Source of the DNA: an uncultured virus (IMG/VR IMGVR_UViG_3300037067_004615)
Taxonomy: Duplodnaviria > Heunggongvirae > Uroviricota > Caudoviricetes
Strand: one strand, 5' to 3'
Length of the DNA stretch: 56,547 bases
IMG/VR virus record: IMGVR_UViG_3300037067_004615
The translations under genes were made by a program, and so were the position numbers. Shown in pieces: positions 1 through 10,290 of this stretch; positions within the stretch are counted from its first letter, which is position 1; every line of letters begins with the position of its first letter. The notes beneath the pieces were generated by a model. The model was not told the origin of the DNA. It did no database searches and saw only the letters and a list, made by a program, of their open reading frames with translations.

Positions 1-684
1 ACAACTACTACAACTTCAATTGCACATACAGGGGTTGCAGGGTGGGAATGGTTAGAAATTACACAAACCATAAATGATGGGGCAACTCATGTTTATTTAG
101 GTTGTCAGGTTAAAACAGGTGATACAACTGCTTATTTTGATCGTGCTTTTTGTATAGAGGGGACTGTAATTCCGGCAGAAGGAACATTGGTCTATTCTAG
201 CTCGGATAGTACATATTCTCATACAGGATTAACACTAGGTGTTACGTATTACTACGCACTTGTTGGTCAAAGTGGTGATTTATTCAGTGATACATATGCT
301 ACTATATTAATGACTACTACTGCTAGTGGGTTAACACCTACAGGGTTTGATTCATTTACTCAACCTGGTGGTAGCGATTATGATATATCTAACCCGAATA
401 TTGCAGTATTAGAAAATTTAGGGCCTTTTTATGGTTTGATAAATGGTTTTATAGATAGTTGGGGTATGGCAAGGGGTAACGCATGGGCCGGTATTGCAGC
501 ATTTTTAATTGTAATAATCGCATTGGTCGTGTATATTCGTTCGGGTAGTATTTCTGGTTCACTAGTGGTAGTATTAATATGTTTGATTATTACTTATTTC
601 TTGAAAATTACGTCCGGTTGGTGGATTTTCTTTGCACTAGCTGGTGTGTTGGGTTCGTTTGCATTACCCAAAAGGGAGGTATAG
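1..684 (+). CDS. 5'-truncated membrane-anchored protein: beta-rich ectodomain plus about 3 C-terminal TM helices
   Basis: Frame 1 is open from base 1 (TTTTTSIAHTGVAGWEWLEIT...) into ORF 187..684; hydrophobic C-terminal helices. Confidence 0.75.
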   Translation, partial: TTTTTSIAHTGVAGWEWLEITQTINDGATHVYLGCQVKTGDTTAYFDRAFCIEGTVIPAEGTLVYSSSDSTYSHTGLTLGVTYYYALVGQSGDLFSDTYATILMTTTASGLTPTGFDSFTQPGGSDYDISNPNIAVLENLGPFYGLINGFIDSWGMARGNAWAGIAAFLIVIIALVVYIRSGSISGSLVVVLICLIITYFLKITSGWWIFFALAGVLGSFALPKREV

Positions 685-688
685 TCGT

Positions 689-1027
689 ATGCGAATGTCG
701 CTCGTCATCGCTTTGACCATGCTATATATTTGTGGCATGATGATATCAAATACTTGTGAACAGCAGACTTTATTAGGGACAGGTGACTTAACTTTAGTCC
801 AACAATTGATAACGCCACCTGTATCTGATTGGTCTAATCCTGCGGCGGCCATAGGTTCATTAATTGCTATCCCCATATATTACATTATACTCATAGTAAG
901 GATAGGTACTTTTGATTTTGCTTTCTTTTATGGTACGTGGGAAGTTTTACGACTTGTATTCTGTGCAATTGGGGTAGGTATGACTGTTGGTTGGATAACT
1001 ATTTTACGTGGTGTCCATTCCCAATAA
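689..1027 (+). CDS. small multi-pass membrane protein, putative virion component
   Basis: GGGAGGT SD before ATG 689 (track start 644 overlaps the upstream gene); 3 hydrophobic segments. Confidence 0.7.
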   Translation: MRMSLVIALTMLYICGMMISNTCEQQTLLGTGDLTLVQQLITPPVSDWSNPAAAIGSLIAIPIYYIILIVRIGTFDFAFFYGTWEVLRLVFCAIGVGMTVGWITILRGVHSQ

Positions 1028-1043
1028 TTTAAGGAAGTGACTT

Positions 1044-1247
1044 ATGTATCGAAGTGCGATGGTGCTTGGTGCAATTATAATTGGTGGTGTAATATTTCTT
1101 GCGATGTTTCCATCTATGAGAACTGGGATGTCGATTGATACTACAGGTTGGATACCGTTGTTTGCTACGATGGTTAGATTCCTACCCTATGTTCTAATTG
1201 TATTTATTGTGCTGTGGTTTTTAGCTAAATCTCGAAGGGGGAATTAA
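1044..1247 (+). CDS. 67-aa two-helix hydrophobic protein with basic C-terminus; candidate coat protein
   Basis: AAGGAAGTG SD; two hydrophobic helices, second ATMVRFLPYVLIVFIVLWFL, ends KSRRGN. Confidence 0.65.
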   Translation: MYRSAMVLGAIIIGGVIFLAMFPSMRTGMSIDTTGWIPLFATMVRFLPYVLIVFIVLWFLAKSRRGN

Positions 1248-1250
1248 TAA

Positions 1251-4200
1251 ATGGTAATTTCTGGCAGACCTAGTGCATCTACTACAAAAACAGTATCATC
1301 TAAACAAGCAGGTGTAATTTCAGGTGTACCATCAAGTGATGTTGACACATCGAAGTACGTTTTGTTAGCAGATGGAACTTATGTTGATAAGTCAGCGTTT
1401 GAACAGTTACCTGAAGATGTGCAAAGAAAAGGTTTAACCGATGGATTAGATGCTTTACAAACGACTTTGCAATCAAAGCAGTCAGACTATAAAGACGCTA
1501 TGAAAATGCTTGAACCGTGGACTGATAAAGACGGTAAAGTTGACTTAGTAAAAGCGGTAAAAGAAGGTGTCGATACTGGAAGATTAAAAGATGTGGGTAT
1601 TGTTGATGAAGCATCTTTGAATAAAGTACAAAAATATCTAAGTGCAGTCGAAAAAGTAAAAGTTGAAATGCATCATGGTCAAGGATGGGGCGGTGGTTGG
1701 GAAGGTGGTTCTGTTAGTGGGATTATAAATGTCTTAGATAAAAATGGGAATATATCAGGTAGTTCTATTATATCGTATTATAGCCAAACTAAAGATGATG
1801 AAACCGTCAAGGATTTAGGGTATGATCTTGAACAAATAAAAAAGATTGTTAAGCGCATAGAAAGACGTAAAGAAGAAAGGCGTGAAGCAAAAGATGTTGG
1901 TGCAACCGCAGAAGAAATTGCGACTGTAGTTTATGATCCTGTTACCAATGCACCTATTGTACCTCCGAAACTTCCGAAAGCGGTGGCTGTTCCTGTTACT
2001 GTTGGTGGAATGGTTGTCGCTCCACCGTCTCAGATAACAGTAGTGCCTGAAGGTAGTGGCATTATCGAAACAATAAAACCAAAAGAATCACCATCTGAAG
2101 TTTATGACACTATTACCAATGCACCGATTATTCCGCCTGGGACAGAACCTATTACAGAATGGAAACCCGGTGCAGATGATGAAACGGCTTATGTTGGTGT
2201 GACAAAGGACTATATCGATAAAGTCAATGCAAGTTTTGTCCCTACACTTGAAAATCCATTACCACCTTATGTTGGTCAGGTTGTGGATACAGAGAATAAC
2301 TTAGTATTAGATGATAAGGGAAATCCCGTTACTGTTGATGAATTTAATGCTAAACTACCTGAAATTGATATCAAAGTAAAGGGCATAACAGAAGGTATAC
2401 TTAGTAAAACAAGCACTAAATTATCAGATGGACAGTGGGTTAATACTGAATATCTGAATAGTTTACCAACGACACTTCAAGAAATTGCAAAGGTTAAAGG
2501 GATTGATGCACTCAATAATGAGATAAAAAGCGTAAAAGACAAACTTAACCAATACAGGAATGTAATCCCCGCAACAGTAGTTGGTGGTATTATCGTTACG
2601 CCTCCATCTGTAGAAAAGGTTGATGGTGAAGATTCATATAATACACAGTCTATATATGATGCTTTAAGAGAGAATAAGATATCAGAAAATGATTTATCGG
2701 TGAAGTTTGGTAAAGAGAATGCAAAATTTATAGTTGAATCTAAACTGGTTCAAGATAAACTACGTAATGATGTTGCGTGGGTAGCTGAAGGCGCTGGCAT
2801 AAAAATTGCAGATAAAAATAATTTAACCGTAAACGAAATTCAAAACCTAATTGAGTCAAATGATAAATGGGCATTAGCATTAGGTACTGCCGGATATGAT
2901 GTTAATAAAATAAATCAAGCAATAGATAATATAGAACAAAAGAGAATTGAAGCACAATCTAAATTACAACCCTATTCGATTGATGCTGGTGAAGGGCCGT
3001 GGGATTACACAGTTGGCATAGAAAAACCAGAACCTATACAGACGCTTGAAACACTGGCTAAATTCCAAAGAGACAATCCCAACGACACTACTACCTTAAA
3101 GGTACTCTATGGTGAAGATGGGAGTAAACTTTATGATGAAGTCAAAAAATACAATAGTAATATTATAGAATATGTCAACTATCTGGATAAACAGGTTACA
3201 CCAACTGGTGAATTTGGGACATTTGAGGATGTCGCATTAAGAAACGCAGTCGATAGGGCTACAAACCAATTAGGTTTTCCTATTACTAAAGGTGGGTATG
3301 TAAACACATATTTAAACCTTAATCAAGAAGATAAAATAAAAGTTGCCAGATTGGTTTTACAAGACCCTGCGAGATCATCTTGGTTAGGGACAATAGGTGC
3401 CGATATCGACGTTGCCGCTTCTGAGAATTTAGTTTCTGGATTGGTATTAGGTGGTATACAACCCATTACGCATGTAGTTGGGAAACAAGTAACTATTGAT
3501 GAAGCAAGATCACTACTTAATGATACTTATGAATCAGAGTTAAACTCTACTAAGGAATTTAAACTTGAAAATGGGACAATCGATATTGAGCGTCTAAAAA
3601 ATAAGATGTTTGTCGATGATAAGTATAAAGAGAATATCTTAAAAGAAACAGGTTACTCTAATAAGCAAGACTTAATTGATAATCTGAATTATTACAACAA
3701 CGGCGTAAAGATCACAGGCGAAGAATGGGCAACCGCAGGTGCTACTGCGGCGTTGGATTTATTGTCGCTTATTCCTGCCGTTGGTGCTGGTAGAGTGTTT
3801 ACTACTGTGGGCGGAAAGATTGCTTCAGTCGGTATTCCCGTTGCTTCTGCTGGTGTATTTTTGCCATCTTCTATGAGAACTATTGTAAGTCCTACTTCAA
3901 CCACAGGCGAAAAGATATTAGCTGGTTCTATGCCGTTAATTTTAATTGCGGGTGGTGCAGTCGGATTAAAAGGTATTGGCAAAACTGCAAAACCCGAAGA
4001 TGTTGCTAATGCTACGTTGGGTGTTAAAGAAAAACCTGTTAATACAATGTTGGATAAAGCGGTTAAAGATGTTTCAGTTGCGGGGACTACTACTAGGACT
4101 ATAGCTAATGTAAAAGCTGTTCTACCAGAAACAATTAAAACTATTAATGATGCCGGATATAAAACCGAAGTTAACCTTGAAAAAATATTCCAAAGATTAG

Positions 4201-7200
4201 ATGATGCAGTTGTAAGAGTAAGAGATTACAAAGGTAATTTAATTAAACTTAAAGAAGCTGCGTCGAATTTAGGTGGGGATGTAAGAGTAAAGTTCGATAA
4301 CGCTCTATATAAGATAGAATTGAACGGCGAAAAAATGGCGCAGTCTTTTCAGGATTTAGTAACATTATCGACTGATTATAAAAGATTATGGAAACAGGTT
4401 GGTGACGCATTAAATGGACGTGTTAAAGTTGGTATTGCAACGCTAGAAGATATGCAATATCGTTTGGGTTTAACAGGCGAACAGCTTGCACAAAAATTCG
4501 ATGATATTACAAGTAAATTAACTGACTATCGTGGTAATTGGCAAGAACTCAAGTCAACTTTGGGCGAGATTGGCGGTGATATTAGTGCTAAAGTTGGGGA
4601 TATTTTATATAAAGGTGAATTAAATACTGAACAATTTGCCCAACAGATAGATGATATAATCAATCAAGTAAAAGAATATAAGGGAAATTGGCCTGCGCTG
4701 AAGAATAGTGTCCAGAATACGGTTAAAAAAGTTACAGATGTGGCTTTGAATACCTTATATAAAATGGATGTTAATTTAGAGAAATTAGCACAAAGAATTG
4801 AAGATGGTATGCCTAGAATATCAGATGTTAAGTCTGGTATTAATGAGATTAAACAATTAACTAAAGATTTAGATACTAAAATAAGAGATGGTATCAATGA
4901 GACTGCTTATAAACTAGATTTAAACAGTGAACGAATAGTACAACAATTAGATGATTATAAATCTAAACTGTTAGACTACAATACTAACTGGAAAGAGTTT
5001 AAGTCTAAAGTAAAAGATGTTGCGAAATTAACTAAAGAAGAATGGGATAACGTATTATATAAGTTAGATGTTTCAGGTGAGAAATTAAGTCAATCATTCG
5101 ATAATTTAGTATCTACAATAACTGACTACAAACGTAATTTGAATACTCTAAAATCTACGATAAGTGAAGTTAAGGGCGATGTTGGGGATTCTTTGTATAA
5201 AGCTGGTCTTAAATTTGAAGAATATGCACAGAAGTTAGATGATTTAATCGAACAGTCAAAAACTAAAAGAGAATTAGTTCACTTAGATTATCTAAAGAAG
5301 TCTGCTAAAAATCTTAAAGAGGATTTTAGCGTTGAATTGAGAATTGCAGAACTCGAAAGGACGATTAAGTCAAAACTATCCAATATCAAGAGTAGATTAG
5401 ATGCTGGTGTATTAGATGAATTACAGGCCGAAGCTGAAATAAAAAAACTAAGGGATACGACTGAATGGGTAGAACATACTCGATTAGTATCCGAATTAGC
5501 GAAAGAATTTAACGAACGTACTAAAATTGATGTAGGGTATAAAGTAAGTCGATTAGATAAAGGGTTAGAAAATCTTTCAAGATCGATATTGGGTGAAGAT
5601 ATTGCTAAACAACGTCTACCATTTGATGTGGTTGATTCGTTAAAACGTGGTGATATTACTAAATTTGAACAATATGTTGAAGAACTTAAAAAAGACGCTG
5701 AAAAGTTGCCAGAAGAACAAAAAGTTGAGGCAATAAAAGAACTTACTGAAACCCAAAAGATGTACAACGATTTAGTGCAAGAATTTAAAGAGGGGAAACT
5801 TAGTGGATTAAAAGTAGACGAGATTAGCATTACATTACCAGAGTCAATAGTTAAAGAACCAGTAATCGAAGGTATAACTTATGGTGAAACATTTGTTAAT
5901 CCCGAAGGTAAACAGTTAGTTAACGTTGACATCGATATGCGATATAATATCGGACAACGATTGGTAGATGATATCGCAAGACAGTATGGATTAAAAACCA
6001 AAAAAATAGTAGAAATGACTGAATTAGAAAAACAGACATTTGAGGGAACTTATGATACTCTTAATGATGTTATAAAATTAAAAACTAATGATATAAAAGT
6101 TATTCTACATGAATTAAGTCACGCTGAAGGTGTAAAGGACGCTAATATATCCGATGGATTTATACAAATATTTAGGGCTAATCCTGATTTAATGGAAAGT
6201 TTAAAAAAGATAAACGAAAAAACTGGTACTAATCCAGCTAATGAAATTCAGAGTGCATATTATGAATTAGTTAATGATGAATACGTAAGAAGAATAAGCG
6301 GGTTTGATGACGTACATCATAAAATGATGCAACTAGATGAATTAAACATGATTGGGGGGCAATTAGGGGTACAAAATTTAGGTAACAAGATTTTAGATGT
6401 TGCGGTTAAGAGTGTAGATAAATCAAATCCTAAGTTAATTAAACCGTTATCAGATGTAACAATTGGTGTGAAATATTTAATGCCAGAATATAAGTACGGT
6501 ATGGGTGCAACTGAAATAATTTCAAAAGCTGAAACAGTTTCAGATATTGAAGCACAATTAAAAAAGCAATCATTAGATATCGAAAGGCAAGTTAGAGAAA
6601 CACAAAAAGATATTGAGACCTATTTAGGTAGTATCCAACAAAGAACTAAAAATATTGCAGAGTTAGACGTACAACAACGTCGTGCTTTAATAGATGACTT
6701 AAAGAAATATCTGGATAGTTATAACGAACTACAAAAACGCCAAACAATTTTATCAGAGTCACAATTAAAGTCCATTCAAGATTTGATTGGTAGTCTCGAA
6801 GATTATCTTAAAAATCCGAACAAAGAATTAGACTTTGATAACCTTTTTAACCCTGAATCTTTACAAGATGTTGTGGCAAAATTAAAAGAAGAAACGTCTA
6901 AACCATCAACTTTAACACCTGAAGAAATTGCGTTATATGATGAACTAAATCGTAACACACAACAGTTAAATGAGTCTATGAACTTATTAGAGCAAGGACA
7001 AACACCTGAATCTTATAGAGAACGTGTACAACGTGAAAGTGCAGAAGGTATTTCTGGCGGTCGAACAATGGGACAAGGTAAGGGTGGTGAAGGTGTAGGT
7101 GAGTCTGCTGATTTTAGAATTAGCGAACTTACTACTCGTAATCAAGAGATCGCCAAACGATTAAGCGAAATTTCAGCACAAAAAGAAAAGATATTAACTG

Positions 7201-10200
7201 AAAGATTTGAAGTAGCATTAAATAAACGTCTTAAAGAATTAGGTTATAGTGATGATTATATTACCGCATTAGGCCAATCACGTAAATTAGATATTGTTGG
7301 CGGTAATAAACCGTACATATCTAAATTAGCAGGTGATATCGAACGTGGTTTTGAAATTATCGAAGAACGTAAAGTTGTTGAACCTGTTAAAGAACCTTGG
7401 CAAATGACAAAGGATGAATATAAGAAAAATAATCCGCATTCAGGCGGTGCTTTGACTGGTGATGCAGAAGCATTTGATAAATTATCAGATGATGCGATAG
7501 TGACTGTATTCCATGCAACATCACAGAATAATGCTAATAAGTTACTAACAGGTAAGGGTTTAAGGGAATATCAAGGTAAAGGTATTTTGGGCGAATCAGA
7601 TAAACTTTATGTTGGTTCTGACCCAGTATCGGTAGAGGGTTATGGAGAAGTTATTTTAGCGCTTAAAGTTAAAAAAGGTCAGTTATTAATGTCACCCGAA
7701 GCAAGGTGGAAAAACAGTGTGGGTGAGTCAATTATTGATGCAGGGACAGGTGCATTGTTAGATGGAGACCCTATATCAGTATCGATTGTTGAAAATGCGA
7801 GATACATCAGAGGTCATGAAGCATTAGTCAAACAAGCCATTTCGGAAGGGAAAGATGTATCGCCAGATGTATTAAAGGATTATCCTGATTTAGTTATTAA
7901 AAATCCGTGGGAAATGACTAAAGATGAAGCTATTATGGATTCACGTATAAAATTAGGTGGTAAAATGGATGATACCATCGCAAGGGCAGAACCAGATGGG
8001 AAGATAACTTTATCAGATGATTACTTTGAACACTCAACCGGAGATAAAAAAAATATCTGGTTACATGAGGTTGCCCATTATAAATCAGACATAATATTAA
8101 AAGATAGCGATGTGTTTTGGAGTATTACTGATAGTAACCTATTTGGTAAATATAATGAAGTAGCGATGAAGTGGAAACCGAATAAAGGGTTTTATGGGCG
8201 TAATGTAGATGAAGCGATAACTCAAGCATTAGTCGATTATGAATTAGACCCAGTAGCGTTTTTAGAAAAACATCCCGAACAATTTGAAATAATTAAAGTT
8301 ATATCCAAAGAAAAAGATTTATCAAAATTAAAAACTAAGATAGACGATATTTTAAAAGGTAAACAAAAACTAGAAGGTGGTGAAGGTGGTGTAGGATTAC
8401 CAGAAGAAAAACCCACAGAACCGAAAGAAGGTGGTGGTGGAGTTGCAGTAAAAGAAAGGGTTGAAACGAAACCTGAAATAAAAACAGAAGTTAAACCTGA
8501 AACTAAGAAAAATGTAATGACACCTACGGAACTTGAAGAACTGATGAAGAAAAAGACAGAGACACCTTCCAAGTTTTTTGAAGTACCTAAAACCGAAACG
8601 GAAATTGAACCGTTTGTTATACCTGATGTTCCGGGCGAATCATATTATACTATCGTTTGGGAAGATGGGAAACTATATACAAAATTAATGACTCCTGAAA
8701 TTATGCGTAGGGGTTACGTAGAAATCGAAACTGACACTGGTAGAGTATTGGCAAGTCGTGATGATTTATTACGAATGACAGTCGAACAATCAAGAAAACT
8801 ATTAGGTGATACAGATATAAGTAAGTATATTAGTGGAAGCCCTTATGTTATTTCTTATCCATCTCAAAAAGTGTTTGATAAACCTAAAGATGACACAAAG
8901 ACTAAACCTGTAGATGCTACGGAACCTAGAACTATAGAACAACCGGAACCGATTACTGGTAAACAACCAATCCCTATTAAGGGCATATCGCCTTTTGATG
9001 AACCAGTGGTTGAAACTCCACCATCAGTAAAGGATGAACTTAAATATGAGTTTAAACCTGCTACTTTATTATTGTCAAAAACAGCGGATGGTATTAGAAG
9101 AACAGTGTTGCCTACACCGGTTGATGATAAGTCTAAAGATGGTGGTATAAAAAAGTTTTCAGATGTTGTACCGAAAGAGGGTGTCATAACTTGGAGACAG
9201 GGTGCAATCTGGCATTACGTTGAACCACCTTATACCAAAGATGACTTCCATACAACAAGTAAACCTTTGGCAGGAACATATAAATTTTTTACGGGGACGG
9301 GAAGTGCTTATAAAACACTTCAAGTTTTGCCGATGAATTACAGGCTTGAAAAAGACGTAGTAGTAGACTTAGGTTGGGCAAAAATTCATATTGTGCCGAA
9401 AGGACGTGGTAATAACTTAGAGATAAAATACTTAGAGGGTGAAAAAGCTAACGTAGATAAAAGATTACCTGAAGGCGGTACAGTCCGTGACTCATACGTA
9501 GATAACCCTGAAGAAATTAAACATCGTGGAACTTATGCGGATTTACGTGATGCGTATGACTACTCTGATATTGGATTAAGACCGTCAGATGTTCCTGATA
9601 CTTTAACTGAAAGAATACCGAAAGGATTATCTATTAAACAATATATCCCTAATGAATTGCGTAAAACAGAATTGCCTCAATATAAGGCCGGTCGATTGAA
9701 AGTATATAATGTTGACGCTGAATGGTTGCGTAATCAAAACGTACCCATGTCAGGCGATAAAACAAGTATTGATTTCCAATCTGGAGGTCACTATTATTTG
9801 TATCCAGACTTAATTCCGAAAAATGAAATATGGTTGGATAGAAGATTAGGTATTCTGGATGCAAAGGCTGAACTGTTACATCAATTAAGGGAATATGGCG
9901 TAATGTCTAATAAAGTACCTTATGATATCGCTCATTCAGAATATGCTAATCCATTAGAAGCTGAAGGCCGTAGTAATATAAATGCACTTGACACAATGAT
10001 AAAACACGAGTTGGATAGATTTACACAAGGGAAGTTGAAACCTCAAAAAATGAAACAGATCAAGGAAGAATCGACTGATGAAGAAGTCGTCGTAAAACAG
10101 AGAAATGAATCTATAAGAGAACGTTCAACATTTAAGAAACCGAAGCAGCAGCAGAATATTGTGTTTGGCGAACCTATGTATCTAGGTCATAAGTTGTTAG

Positions 10201-10220
10201 TTCCGAGGGTTAACCTTTAA
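1251..10220 (+). CDS. giant 2989-aa polyvalent-like protein: hydrophobic hairpin, 50-aa helical repeats, two HExxH zincin motifs, ADP-ribosyltransferase-like segment
   Basis: Uninterrupted 9-kb ORF; HELSH 6108-6122, HEVAH 8064-8078, VTVFHAT...LYV...YGE ~7490-7690, PW(Q/E)MTKDE twice. Confidence 0.8.
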   Translation: MVISGRPSASTTKTVSSKQAGVISGVPSSDVDTSKYVLLADGTYVDKSAFEQLPEDVQRKGLTDGLDALQTTLQSKQSDYKDAMKMLEPWTDKDGKVDLVKAVKEGVDTGRLKDVGIVDEASLNKVQKYLSAVEKVKVEMHHGQGWGGGWEGGSVSGIINVLDKNGNISGSSIISYYSQTKDDETVKDLGYDLEQIKKIVKRIERRKEERREAKDVGATAEEIATVVYDPVTNAPIVPPKLPKAVAVPVTVGGMVVAPPSQITVVPEGSGIIETIKPKESPSEVYDTITNAPIIPPGTEPITEWKPGADDETAYVGVTKDYIDKVNASFVPTLENPLPPYVGQVVDTENNLVLDDKGNPVTVDEFNAKLPEIDIKVKGITEGILSKTSTKLSDGQWVNTEYLNSLPTTLQEIAKVKGIDALNNEIKSVKDKLNQYRNVIPATVVGGIIVTPPSVEKVDGEDSYNTQSIYDALRENKISENDLSVKFGKENAKFIVESKLVQDKLRNDVAWVAEGAGIKIADKNNLTVNEIQNLIESNDKWALALGTAGYDVNKINQAIDNIEQKRIEAQSKLQPYSIDAGEGPWDYTVGIEKPEPIQTLETLAKFQRDNPNDTTTLKVLYGEDGSKLYDEVKKYNSNIIEYVNYLDKQVTPTGEFGTFEDVALRNAVDRATNQLGFPITKGGYVNTYLNLNQEDKIKVARLVLQDPARSSWLGTIGADIDVAASENLVSGLVLGGIQPITHVVGKQVTIDEARSLLNDTYESELNSTKEFKLENGTIDIERLKNKMFVDDKYKENILKETGYSNKQDLIDNLNYYNNGVKITGEEWATAGATAALDLLSLIPAVGAGRVFTTVGGKIASVGIPVASAGVFLPSSMRTIVSPTSTTGEKILAGSMPLILIAGGAVGLKGIGKTAKPEDVANATLGVKEKPVNTMLDKAVKDVSVAGTTTRTIANVKAVLPETIKTINDAGYKTEVNLEKIFQRLDDAVVRVRDYKGNLIKLKEAASNLGGDVRVKFDNALYKIELNGEKMAQSFQDLVTLSTDYKRLWKQVGDALNGRVKVGIATLEDMQYRLGLTGEQLAQKFDDITSKLTDYRGNWQELKSTLGEIGGDISAKVGDILYKGELNTEQFAQQIDDIINQVKEYKGNWPALKNSVQNTVKKVTDVALNTLYKMDVNLEKLAQRIEDGMPRISDVKSGINEIKQLTKDLDTKIRDGINETAYKLDLNSERIVQQLDDYKSKLLDYNTNWKEFKSKVKDVAKLTKEEWDNVLYKLDVSGEKLSQSFDNLVSTITDYKRNLNTLKSTISEVKGDVGDSLYKAGLKFEEYAQKLDDLIEQSKTKRELVHLDYLKKSAKNLKEDFSVELRIAELERTIKSKLSNIKSRLDAGVLDELQAEAEIKKLRDTTEWVEHTRLVSELAKEFNERTKIDVGYKVSRLDKGLENLSRSILGEDIAKQRLPFDVVDSLKRGDITKFEQYVEELKKDAEKLPEEQKVEAIKELTETQKMYNDLVQEFKEGKLSGLKVDEISITLPESIVKEPVIEGITYGETFVNPEGKQLVNVDIDMRYNIGQRLVDDIARQYGLKTKKIVEMTELEKQTFEGTYDTLNDVIKLKTNDIKVILHELSHAEGVKDANISDGFIQIFRANPDLMESLKKINEKTGTNPANEIQSAYYELVNDEYVRRISGFDDVHHKMMQLDELNMIGGQLGVQNLGNKILDVAVKSVDKSNPKLIKPLSDVTIGVKYLMPEYKYGMGATEIISKAETVSDIEAQLKKQSLDIERQVRETQKDIETYLGSIQQRTKNIAELDVQQRRALIDDLKKYLDSYNELQKRQTILSESQLKSIQDLIGSLEDYLKNPNKELDFDNLFNPESLQDVVAKLKEETSKPSTLTPEEIALYDELNRNTQQLNESMNLLEQGQTPESYRERVQRESAEGISGGRTMGQGKGGEGVGESADFRISELTTRNQEIAKRLSEISAQKEKILTERFEVALNKRLKELGYSDDYITALGQSRKLDIVGGNKPYISKLAGDIERGFEIIEERKVVEPVKEPWQMTKDEYKKNNPHSGGALTGDAEAFDKLSDDAIVTVFHATSQNNANKLLTGKGLREYQGKGILGESDKLYVGSDPVSVEGYGEVILALKVKKGQLLMSPEARWKNSVGESIIDAGTGALLDGDPISVSIVENARYIRGHEALVKQAISEGKDVSPDVLKDYPDLVIKNPWEMTKDEAIMDSRIKLGGKMDDTIARAEPDGKITLSDDYFEHSTGDKKNIWLHEVAHYKSDIILKDSDVFWSITDSNLFGKYNEVAMKWKPNKGFYGRNVDEAITQALVDYELDPVAFLEKHPEQFEIIKVISKEKDLSKLKTKIDDILKGKQKLEGGEGGVGLPEEKPTEPKEGGGGVAVKERVETKPEIKTEVKPETKKNVMTPTELEELMKKKTETPSKFFEVPKTETEIEPFVIPDVPGESYYTIVWEDGKLYTKLMTPEIMRRGYVEIETDTGRVLASRDDLLRMTVEQSRKLLGDTDISKYISGSPYVISYPSQKVFDKPKDDTKTKPVDATEPRTIEQPEPITGKQPIPIKGISPFDEPVVETPPSVKDELKYEFKPATLLLSKTADGIRRTVLPTPVDDKSKDGGIKKFSDVVPKEGVITWRQGAIWHYVEPPYTKDDFHTTSKPLAGTYKFFTGTGSAYKTLQVLPMNYRLEKDVVVDLGWAKIHIVPKGRGNNLEIKYLEGEKANVDKRLPEGGTVRDSYVDNPEEIKHRGTYADLRDAYDYSDIGLRPSDVPDTLTERIPKGLSIKQYIPNELRKTELPQYKAGRLKVYNVDAEWLRNQNVPMSGDKTSIDFQSGGHYYLYPDLIPKNEIWLDRRLGILDAKAELLHQLREYGVMSNKVPYDIAHSEYANPLEAEGRSNINALDTMIKHELDRFTQGKLKPQKMKQIKEESTDEEVVVKQRNESIRERSTFKKPKQQQNIVFGEPMYLGHKLLVPRVNL
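4158..5260 (+). repeat. about 7.5 degenerate tandem 50-aa (150-nt) repeats inside the giant protein
   Basis: Units start Y(K/R) at 4158, 4308, 4458, 4608, 4758, 4908, 5058 and 5196; consensus YKxxLxxEKxAQxxDDxxxxxxDYKxNW. Confidence 0.85.
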
Positions 10221-10228
10221 TTGATATA

Positions 10229-10257
10229 TTGATTTATTGCGAAAAGTGTGGTAGAAT
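10229..10257 (+). promoter_or_regulatory. sigma70-type promoter with extended -10
   Basis: TTGATT-17 nt-TAGAAT with TG at -15/-14, intergenic. Confidence 0.7.
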
Positions 10258-10290
10258 AACAATAGATATATCAAGTCGGAGGTTTTCTGT

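Noticed and set aside
3692..9864. Six minus-strand ORFs inside the giant gene
   Set aside because: Antisense shadows of a long coding frame; no SD, low-complexity translations
1251..10220. Siphovirus tape measure protein
   Set aside because: No flanking tail tube, chaperone or baseplate genes recognised; carries peptidase and ART-like motifs
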